Shown in pieces: positions 44,960 to 52,658 of a stretch of DNA of 64,000 nucleotides. This DNA is from Oligoflexia bacterium. Its GTDB lineage: Bacteria; Bdellovibrionota_G; JANQFH01. The notes below the pieces were generated by a model. The model had not been told where the DNA came from and made no database searches. It worked only from the letters and a program-made list of their open reading frames with translations. Made by a program: the position numbers and the translations under genes. The DNA lies in contig JANQFH010000008.1 of NCBI GenBank assembly GCA_028277945.1, positions 195,442 to 259,441 of the forward strand. Reading direction: 5' to 3'. Each line of letters begins with the position of its first letter. Positions within the stretch are counted from its first letter, which is position 1.

Positions 44960-46414
44960 CTAATTCACTATTAGGCTCTCCATAAACTGGCGGCCTTCGG
45001 TAATTGCCGCATCGGTAATTTGATCCTTTAAACCTGTGGCATTCTTTGCCCAACACTCAGGGCTTTTTGAGAATAGGAATCGCTGCTGGTTGGCCTTGAA
45101 CCCATATTGGTGTCCGCCACCTCTGCCGCGCTGGGCGTGACCGTTGTAAGAGGTACAATAAGACATCTCTGCCCATTCTAAATCCTCTCGTCTCGCTTTC
45201 AAAACCAATGCCGGACAATCATCAAACCATTTCAACACGGCATCTGCCTGTTCACTACATTTAAGCAAAAGACCAGAGATAACATCCATAAAAGCCATTC
45301 CTGCCATACACTGACCTACACTCAACTTTTGCGGCCTATGAATATGCCGATGCATCCAATGCCAAACAGGCATTAAAGAAGAGTGTAATCCATTTACCAG
45401 TTCATGCATATAGGCTCGTTCGTATTGTACTACCGGATCTTCAGAATTGATTGATCCGATCAAAAATTCTTCTTTAATCTTTATCTTCATCTCTCCATTG
45501 TTTTCAAAAACCCATTTTTCAAACATCTCGTCTATAGCCGAACGGATCATCAGCATTACAAAATCCCATGCTGAACCACTAAGATAATGCCTTACAAAAT
45601 CGTGCCCCGTACCTGTCGCCTCCTCATCACTCCAGTTTGGCGGTAGTTTTTTTGGCACTGCTCTGATAATTCGATCTTGCTTCAGCGTAATATGCAATGG
45701 CTTGATATAAGGGGTGTCTCCAGGACCTTTTGCTCTAGATAAATCACCCAACTTAGTTCGCTCAAACCGAGTATCAGACACCTTACTTGCTGGCGTTGCC
45801 ACTGAAATCAGCATCATGATACCTTTAAAGCCTCCGTTATCACCCTCGAACATCACCTTTTCATAAGCCTCATTTGAAAAGAAATTCCCTTGTGAGTGAC
45901 TGACTGTTAATGTATTGTAACCTTCCTCCAGTGATTTTCGATAAGCCGCTACTTGTTCAGCAATGTCAGCTCTTCTTTGTCTGTTCACAAATTCGTCAAA
46001 TAACCCCCTAATCGACTTAGAGATGTTCACCAAAAAATCCGGCGCTAGGTGCTGCTGGGAGAACAGACGAAACATGCTCCCTGAATCTAAGACAACGTTT
46101 TTTCTACGCAGATCGTCCCGCTTTTGATCCATTGCCTCGGCAATCTGCAGCAAAACTGTTTGATCGGTGTTGAACGCGATGTTCGGCTCAGCGTCTCGTA
46201 CTAGCCCTTCCACACCTCTCAAAACACGCATTTTCTCCCAAAGCTGAGTCCAAGATTTTTGTGCCTCCTCAAAAGAGGTAAACATTCCATTTGCGAAATA
46301 TAATCTCGATTTCCTCCAACACTCACCTGCACCATAACCTACCTCAGCCACAGTCAGCAGAACGACAAGGATCCCTAGAGCAATGTTCAAATTTCTACTT
46401 GTGTTCAAATTCAC
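44960..46414 (-). CDS. membrane-anchored/secreted protein with SHSQG nucleophile-elbow-like motif (putative alpha/beta-hydrolase or lipase-type effector)
   Basis: N-terminal anchor LNIALGILVVLLTVAEV. The motif LTVSHSQGNFF resembles GxSxG hydrolase elbows. The function is a weak guess. Confidence 0.55.
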   Translation of the reverse strand: MNLNTSRNLNIALGILVVLLTVAEVGYGAGECWRKSRLYFANGMFTSFEEAQKSWTQLWEKMRVLRGVEGLVRDAEPNIAFNTDQTVLLQIAEAMDQKRDDLRRKNVVLDSGSMFRLFSQQHLAPDFLVNISKSIRGLFDEFVNRQRRADIAEQVAAYRKSLEEGYNTLTVSHSQGNFFSNEAYEKVMFEGDNGGFKGIMMLISVATPASKVSDTRFERTKLGDLSRAKGPGDTPYIKPLHITLKQDRIIRAVPKKLPPNWSDEEATGTGHDFVRHYLSGSAWDFVMLMIRSAIDEMFEKWVFENNGEMKIKIKEEFLIGSINSEDPVVQYERAYMHELVNGLHSSLMPVWHWMHRHIHRPQKLSVGQCMAGMAFMDVISGLLLKCSEQADAVLKWFDDCPALVLKARREDLEWAEMSYCTSYNGHAQRGRGGGHQYGFKANQQRFLFSKSPECWAKNATGLKDQITDAAITEGRQFMESLIVN

Positions 46415-46898
46415 AAGGATCTACCTTTGGATCATGCCCGCCAAGCATCTTCCCTGAAAGCTTACCGTTGAACTCTATATAACGCCTCGCTCTTGCTCGT
46501 GTGTTCACTACGAGATCTTCGATTACCTCACCAGCCTCCCCAGCATAAGCCTCCAAATCTACCTTGGCAAAACAAAGCGATGCTCTCGTAATCTGTCCTG
46601 CCACTACCTCAGCGTCTAAGTCGTTTTTAAGGGCATTCTGTAGGGCCTTTGCCTGTTGTCGCATCGCCATCTGTACCATTCTATCTCCGGCATACTCCCT
46701 CTCAATGAGGGCTTCCACGTCATCTCGCACGCCGTCTTGGTTTTTATCTACCCCCTCAATTGTCTCGTCTTCTGCTTTCTTACTACAGGGCCCACATCCA
46801 GCTCCCACCAGGCTTCCTAAGGTAAGACTAAGCAGCAGGACAAAAGAGGCACCGGTCATACGGATTGTCTTCAGAATCAACAACCATAAATTCATCAT
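46395..46898 (-). CDS. small lipoprotein-like protein upstream of and overlapping 44960..46414
   Basis: Signal sequence with SLVGAGC (lipobox-like) followed by an acidic helical region. A 20-nt overlap with the next gene suggests a functional pair. Confidence 0.5.
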   Translation of the reverse strand: MMNLWLLILKTIRMTGASFVLLLSLTLGSLVGAGCGPCSKKAEDETIEGVDKNQDGVRDDVEALIEREYAGDRMVQMAMRQQAKALQNALKNDLDAEVVAGQITRASLCFAKVDLEAYAGEAGEVIEDLVVNTRARARRYIEFNGKLSGKMLGGHDPKVDPCEFEHK

Positions 46899-47260
46899 CT
46901 CTATTCTCCTTCTTTAGTTACTACGATTGCGGAAAGTTGTTCTGTTTCCTTAATAACGCAAGAATCGTGCCTATACAGGGTCATATAGGCAATCTCATGA
47001 TTCGGGTTTCTGATGTATCTGATAAAACAAAGATGGATGAAGGAAAATGAAACAACCTGACGTTAATCCAAGCAATATGTATGAAAAGAAAACAACAGCG
47101 TGTATGTCATGCTTGGAGTCTTTTCACTCGGTATAAGTAAAAGAGCCTCGACAGAAACGACGTGGATATGTTTGTGCTGAGTCAATTGTTATTTGCGCAT
47201 CTCCGGATCTGATGAAACAGCGACAAACTGAAAGAAGAACTGACCAACTTTACCATTTAT

Positions 47261-47352
47261 AACCTTGACGGATTTAATCAGTCAAGGTAGTCAATGAACT
47301 AGGATTAGTAGGATTATAAATAAGCTTGGAAAGGAAATTGCAATGCGGAGTT
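47261..47352 (+). repeat. about 90-nt repeat, copy 2
   Basis: See 43255-43343. Here the shared ATG (47343) opens only a 16-codon ORF, MRSLMLQFIGRKYVSR*. Confidence 0.6.
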
Positions 47353-47379
47353 TAATGTTGCAGTTTATAGGAAGAAAGT

Positions 47380-47748
47380 ATGTCAGCCGTTAAAATTACA
47401 GCAAATTTATTTTCGCTGTACTTTGTAATAGTGCCTTTCAGCAATGCAGCAAACTGGTCACTCGTAGAGAAGATTGACCCAAGCACAACGGCTCAGACCA
47501 AACGTGAATTAACCGACAGCGAGTATTCGTATATTTCTGGTAAATTCAAATGCACTGTTTTAGCACCAGAGAAAGACTCAAATAAAAAACGTGGGTGGTT
47601 TAGAACTATTAAGTGTAAAAATGGCGATCTAGTATTTGAAGATACTGCTTCTTGTGGCGGTATACATGGAGAATTCGGTATTGTCGGGGTTAAAGTTACC
47701 TATAAAGGTGAAACTTTTCAGCCATTGCTAGTTTGTCAGGCAAAATAG
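47380..47748 (+). CDS. small secreted Cys-containing protein, unknown function
   Basis: Signal peptide LFSLYFVIVPFSNA. Five Cys in the mature part. Confidence 0.55.
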   Translation: MSAVKITANLFSLYFVIVPFSNAANWSLVEKIDPSTTAQTKRELTDSEYSYISGKFKCTVLAPEKDSNKKRGWFRTIKCKNGDLVFEDTASCGGIHGEFGIVGVKVTYKGETFQPLLVCQAK

Positions 47749-47975
47749 TTTCATCGCCTAAAATGGCCTAGTCAAGAAAAGCGTTTACAGGTTGTGAAAA
47801 GAGAAGGCCCTCTTATTTCAATGAGGCCGAATTTATCCGCGATATAAATTAGTTGTACAATGGAAACGCATAAGGAACCAGGGCATTCTAGATTTCTCCG
47901 CCCGTCTAAAACCGTGTATATCTGGTATGTAACATCAATAATGCATGATATTGGTCGAAGAAAAGGTTAACATGC

Positions 47976-49151
47976 GTGGATAGGTTAATGAGCGGAAGCT
48001 TGGTCCGTGTCTATGTTGTCCGATTTTGTGCTTCAAGCATTGAAGGGATCGTAGCCGTAATCACGATTACAGCCTTCATCAGAGCGACGGGATCAGTTAG
48101 TGCGGCAAACCTTCTCAATTCCATATTTTGGCTGACGTTATTTTTTGCAGAGCTGCCAACTGGCTATCTAACAGATAAGTGGGGTGGTAAAAGAGCGCTA
48201 GGTATTAGCTTAACTCTACGGGCTATTGGGTTTTTAATTTTCTACCTTGCTGGAGGCTCTTGGATTCTGCTTATAGTAGGCTGTATATTAACAGGCGTCG
48301 CTGTAACTTTCCTAAGTGGAACCTTTGAGCTACAAGTAAAGCAAATTCAAAAAGAGGCACAGACACAAGAGCTAGCCGGAGATTCCTCAAAGACCGTCAT
48401 TTCTTATCTACATTTTTCTCACTATCTGGGCCTATGTACCGGGTCACTTCTCGTAACACTTTGGCTGCTTAAAATGGAGATACAGACAGCATGGCTATTG
48501 TCGGCTTGTCTATCATTTATTGCGCTCGGTATCTTATCCTTTACCTGGGATTCTCTTAAGCCTGCTTATGATAAGGGTCCTTTTATTCATTTCAAAGAAG
48601 CTGTCTCGAAAGTTATTAATGAGCAGAAAGTTCGGAGCCTATTTGTATATCAATTTATCTTTGTACTTTTTTCGATATCGTTTCTAACGAACTGGGTAGT
48701 GATTTTTGTCCCAAGACTAGACAATACGCCGATTCAGCTCGGCGTATTAACGGTGGTTTTTTCTATGCTGATTAGTTTTTTTGTATGGACGTGGAAGTAC
48801 CTAGAGATACTTAAAAGATTAACTATACCTTATGTTTTCATTGGATTTTCTATATCGCAAGTGCTCGCATGCAGCGATGTTATGGTGTTTAGATTTCTTG
48901 GCGGATTAGGTGCCTTATTTTTCTTTGCTGGCTGCCAGATAGGCATCCGGCATGCAATATTTTCATCTATTTCGTCCTCGAAAGCGGGAGCTATCTTGTC
49001 GCTATTTAGTTTGCAGGAAAATTTTTCTGGTTGGGTTGGTTTACTTTCATTGGCATTCTTTCTGAAGCTCTATTCAGTTGAGGTATCCTGGATAGCCTCA
49101 GGAGCCTGCATGGTTGCTGCAGTTGGCTTTTATTCATTCCATCGACGTTGA
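47976..49151 (+). CDS. MFS transporter
   Basis: Motif-A-like GYLTDKWGGKRALGISL. About 11-12 hydrophobic helices. The start is either GTG 47976 or ATG 47988. Confidence 0.75.
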   Translation: MDRLMSGSLVRVYVVRFCASSIEGIVAVITITAFIRATGSVSAANLLNSIFWLTLFFAELPTGYLTDKWGGKRALGISLTLRAIGFLIFYLAGGSWILLIVGCILTGVAVTFLSGTFELQVKQIQKEAQTQELAGDSSKTVISYLHFSHYLGLCTGSLLVTLWLLKMEIQTAWLLSACLSFIALGILSFTWDSLKPAYDKGPFIHFKEAVSKVINEQKVRSLFVYQFIFVLFSISFLTNWVVIFVPRLDNTPIQLGVLTVVFSMLISFFVWTWKYLEILKRLTIPYVFIGFSISQVLACSDVMVFRFLGGLGALFFFAGCQIGIRHAIFSSISSSKAGAILSLFSLQENFSGWVGLLSLAFFLKLYSVEVSWIASGACMVAAVGFYSFHRR

Positions 49152-49213
49152 AAGGACCGGTTAATAGCTACGGTCATATTGCACTTTCAGCTTCTATGAT
49201 CTATTAAGTCGAA

Positions 49214-50011
49214 ATGGCAAGAAAGTCGGTCTACACAAAGGAGTGGTGGAACGCCGCATTTCAAGGAGGTGTCTATCCTCTTACGCAACTGGCGGCCTTA
49301 AAGGATCAAGTGGGGTTAACGCGAAGAGAGGTTCAGGGTATTAAAAAACTGTTGAATCTTCCAAAAGGGTCAAAGATCTTGGATTTAGGATGCGGAGTCG
49401 GACGACACTCGCTAGGTCTTGCAAGACATTCATATGATGTAACCGGAGTTGACATCTCGAATACGTTCCTTAGATATGCACGAGCGAGAGCTAGAAAAAT
49501 GAAACTGCAAGTCAATTTTATACGAAAAGATATGCGACTCCTATCTTTCAAGGGTCAATTTGATGCAGCTATAAATATTTTTACCAGCTTCGGATACTTT
49601 CCGCAAAAGTCTGATGATCTCCGCGTTGCTAGAAAAGTCTGTAAATGCCTTAAGCCAGGCGGTAAATTTCTTCTAGAGATCTTCAACGGTACAAAAATTC
49701 AAAAACTCCTGGTTAATGCCAATAGCAATAGAGAACCCGTCCGCCGCTGGTATGAATTTGCAGATAGGAGTCTGCTGTTAGAGCATCCAAGCTACTCCAA
49801 GCGTCTCGGGGGGACAGTCACGAGGTGGATTTATATCACTAAGGGAAAACGAAAAGAAGTGACTTCGTTCACCAGAGCGTATTCTAAGAGCAGTTTAGTC
49901 CATTTGCTGAAAAATGCAGGATTCAGACAGGTGACAGTTTATGGAGACCTGGAATGTTCACGTTACTATCCGCATAAATCTAACCGCCTAGTAGCAGTAG
50001 CAACGAAGTAG
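49214..50011 (+). CDS. class I SAM-dependent methyltransferase
   Basis: Motif I ILDLGCGVGRHS. Post-I acidic residue in VTGVDIS. Motif II-like FDAAINIFTSFGYF. Confidence 0.85.
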   Translation: MARKSVYTKEWWNAAFQGGVYPLTQLAALKDQVGLTRREVQGIKKLLNLPKGSKILDLGCGVGRHSLGLARHSYDVTGVDISNTFLRYARARARKMKLQVNFIRKDMRLLSFKGQFDAAINIFTSFGYFPQKSDDLRVARKVCKCLKPGGKFLLEIFNGTKIQKLLVNANSNREPVRRWYEFADRSLLLEHPSYSKRLGGTVTRWIYITKGKRKEVTSFTRAYSKSSLVHLLKNAGFRQVTVYGDLECSRYYPHKSNRLVAVATK

Positions 50012-50306
50012 AGGATGACGGGGGAAAACTAGCAGTCGATCGACAATTTGGAAACCCTATTCCGGATTTTGAGGATATACTAAATGGAAGATTTTGAGAC
50101 ATTGACTCCGCAAATAAATCCTATGGGCGCTATTCGTCCTGTATCCTACGACCAACGGTTGAGGAGGCTGTACGCCGCTATCCTGAGAGTGTCACAATGC
50201 AAAAACTCGTTCAGGCGTTAAAAGCTGCTACTCCGTTCCCCACGCCAGTTCCTAAAAATTAAATCGCTATTCACTGCTTCGGTTGGTGGCAACGCATTAG
50301 GGAAAA

Positions 50307-50425
50307 AATTCCCGATCGGTAATAAATAGGCCTCAAATCTGTCTTATTTGATATAAAATTCCCGATCAGGAATAATTTTCTTGATTTCAGTCTAGGTGTA
50401 GATTAATATTCCCGTACGGGAATAT
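50307..50425. promoter_or_regulatory. three palindromic operator-like sites upstream of hipBA
   Basis: ATTCCCGATCGGTAAT (50308-23), ATTCCCGATCAGGAAT (50358-73) and the perfect 20-mer ATATTCCCGTACGGGAATAT (50406-25), which overlaps the hipB ATG. The site centres are exactly 50 bp apart. Confidence 0.6.
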
Positions 50426-50654
50426 GAAACAGGCAGCAGCACAGATTGGTCATTTAGTGAAAAAGACCCGTAAAAGTCTAGGTGTCACCCAGAAGGAGTT
50501 GGCGCTGACCTCGGGTACAGGTCTGCGCTTCATCATTGAGCTGGAGAAGGGCAAACCGACCTGTCAACTAGCCAAGGTGCTGACGGTTCTACATACGCTG
50601 GGCATCAAGCTTGAGCTAACGGCGCCAGCCACTGCAAGAGATGACGGCAAATGA
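50424..50654 (+). CDS. hipB: HipB-like XRE-family antitoxin/repressor
   Basis: HTH LGVTQKELALTSGTGLRFIIELEKGKPTCQLAKVLTVLHTLGIKLEL. Overlaps hipA by 4 nt. Confidence 0.8.
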   Translation: MKQAAAQIGHLVKKTRKSLGVTQKELALTSGTGLRFIIELEKGKPTCQLAKVLTVLHTLGIKLELTAPATARDDGK

Positions 50655-51907
50655 GCAAGACTCTTGATGTTTATTTGTACCGCCACCTGGTTGGCTGCCT
50701 CATACAGGATGAGCATGGTCTGATGGTATTTGATTATGCAGAGAACTGGCTAGAGAATCCCAACGCAATTCCTCTATCGTGTTCGCTACCGCTAAGAAAA
50801 GAGCGCTTCTCGTTTAAGGAATGCCGAGGATTTTTTACCGGCGTCCTACCAGAAGAAAGTAAACGAGAGGTGATTGCGCGCATTTTTGGAATTAGTGCAC
50901 GCAATGACTTTGCCATGCTTGAGCAAATTGGCGGTGAGTGCGCTGGAGCAGTTACTTTCATTCCCACTGGTCAATTGTTGCCGGAGCGTGACGAGCACTA
51001 CCGTGAGGTTTCCAACCAAGAGTTGGCGGAAGTTCTTCGAACACTACCAACTCGGCCCCTTTTGGCGGGAGAAGAGGGCGTCCGTCTATCGCTAGCAGGT
51101 GCACAGGACAAAATTGCTGTTCGTATGGATGGCGATAGAATCTCCATTCCGCTTGGAGACTCTCCCAGCACACACATCCTGAAGCCCGACATCGAGCGTT
51201 TCCAAGGGGTGGTTTTCAACGAGGCGCTCTGTATGCAATTGGCGGCCTCTATCGGCCTACCAACGGCGAATGTACAAACCCGCAGCGTTGAAGGCATCGA
51301 TTATCTTTTGATTGAACGCTATGACCGAGTGGTTCATATGACGTCCGATGGTCAGGCAAAGCTTCAACGTCTGCATCAGGAGGATTTTTGTCAGGCACTC
51401 GGTATTCCATCCGAGATGAAGTACCAGAGCGAGGGAGGGCCATCTCTCAAACAGTGCTTTAGCTTACTGCGAGAAGTTTCCAGCGCACCGGTGATCGACC
51501 TACAGCATCTTCTAGATGCCGTTATTTTTAATCTGCTGATTGGCAATCACGATGCGCATGCAAAGAACTTTTCATTTTTGTATGGAGATGGGACATCAGT
51601 AGAGCGGGGGACAAGACTTGCACCTCTGTATGATCTGATCAGCACCGTCTATTACCCAGAACTATCCAAGAAGATGGCCATGAAAATTGGTGGTGAGTAT
51701 GCTGCAGACAAAATCTTCCCAAGACATTTTGAGAGACTTGCCGAAGAGGCTGCCTTAGCCAAGCCGATGGTCAAGAAACGTATACCGGAGGTAGCTGAAT
51801 CCCTGATACACAGTCTAAGCAGCTTAACTACTGAAGAGTCGGTAGCAAAGGGTGTCACTCAAACTATACAAAAGCAGGCTGAATTGGTTCTGGAACGATT
51901 CAGATAA
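50651..51907 (+). CDS. hipA: HipA-family serine/threonine kinase toxin
   Basis: LSLAGAQDKIAV and LIGNHDAHAKNFSF are HipA catalytic motifs. 418 aa. Confidence 0.9.
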   Translation: MSKTLDVYLYRHLVGCLIQDEHGLMVFDYAENWLENPNAIPLSCSLPLRKERFSFKECRGFFTGVLPEESKREVIARIFGISARNDFAMLEQIGGECAGAVTFIPTGQLLPERDEHYREVSNQELAEVLRTLPTRPLLAGEEGVRLSLAGAQDKIAVRMDGDRISIPLGDSPSTHILKPDIERFQGVVFNEALCMQLAASIGLPTANVQTRSVEGIDYLLIERYDRVVHMTSDGQAKLQRLHQEDFCQALGIPSEMKYQSEGGPSLKQCFSLLREVSSAPVIDLQHLLDAVIFNLLIGNHDAHAKNFSFLYGDGTSVERGTRLAPLYDLISTVYYPELSKKMAMKIGGEYAADKIFPRHFERLAEEAALAKPMVKKRIPEVAESLIHSLSSLTTEESVAKGVTQTIQKQAELVLERFR

Positions 51908-51913
51908 GGTTAG

Positions 51914-52268
51914 TTATTTCCCCCATCCGATATATTTCTTGTAACCTTTTTCTAAATTTATAATTTCAAAGACATCACCATCAAATGTTGAGCACTGCAA
52001 TTTTTTTCCATTACATCCAAGATTGGCGTAGTTAATTTCTGGCTGGTGTCTGGATGGCGGTGCTAGGGTCCACATTTCTTTACCGTTTAGATCGAACGCT
52101 CGGATGTTTTGTGGGTCTCTGGATTCAAAGAGAAAGACGATGAGTTTATCAGCTAGGTAGGCTGTTTGATACATTCCCACAATGCTTTGGGATTGGTACA
52201 GGCTTGAGGTTATCAGTTTTTATCTCTATGTTATCGCCGTTAGTAATAAAATATATTGAATTGAGCAT
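51914..52268 (-). pseudogene. second, frameshifted copy of the TNT-toxin immunity candidate
   Basis: The 3' part (51914-52180, ..LIVFLFESRDPQNIRAFDLNGKEMW..FEIINLEKGYKKYIGWGK) and a 5' part in another frame (ATG 52268: MLNSIYFITNGDNIEIKTDNLKPVPIPKHCGN..) together align along the intact 121-aa paralog. The frames switch near 52172-52185. Confidence 0.5.
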
Positions 52269-52292
52269 TCTGAGTTTGCCAAACAACGTTGA

Positions 52293-52658
52293 TTACTTAC
52301 CCCATCTTTTTTTAAAACCTTTTTCTAGGTTTATGATCTCGAATACATCGCACTCCACTGTAGCGCATAGCAGACTGTTTTCATATTCCCATAGATTGAC
52401 GTAGTAGACCTCCGGTCTATATCTAGATGCCTTTGTTAGTGCCCATAATTCATTGCCATGGAGATCAAAAGCACGGATATTCTGTGGGTCTTTGGATCTA
52501 AAAAGTACAATAATGATGTTATCGATCAGATATCCTACTGTAATCTTCCCATATGTTTTAGGAAGGAGTATGGATTTGTGATTGTCTACTTTTATTTCTA
52601 TTCTATTGTCTCTTTCTAGAAGTTTTTGTAATTTCACCATATTATTGGTTCGCTCCAT
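52293..52658 (-). CDS. cytoplasmic protein, candidate immunity protein for the TNT-like toxin
   Basis: No signal peptide. It overlaps the toxin 3' end. A tandem paralog lies downstream. Confidence 0.55.
   Translation of the reverse strand: MERTNNMVKLQKLLERDNRIEIKVDNHKSILLPKTYGKITVGYLIDNIIIVLFRSKDPQNIRAFDLHGNELWALTKASRYRPEVYYVNLWEYENSLLCATVECDVFEIINLEKGFKKRWGK

Noticed and set aside
47343-47393. 16-codon ORF MRSLMLQFIGRKYVSR within repeat copy 2, considered as a peptide gene
   Set aside because: Its start and RBS are simply the conserved 5' end of the SBP-gene repeat. It is most simply a leftover of a deleted SBP gene. It is kept only as a remark.
50100-50262. Open frame encoding ..PTVEEAVRRYPESVTMQKLVQALKAATPFPTPVPKN* between the methyltransferase and hipB
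   Set aside because: It has no start codon upstream of an in-frame stop except an internal Met, no RBS and no recognisable family. It is possibly a gene remnant, and the evidence is too weak to annotate.
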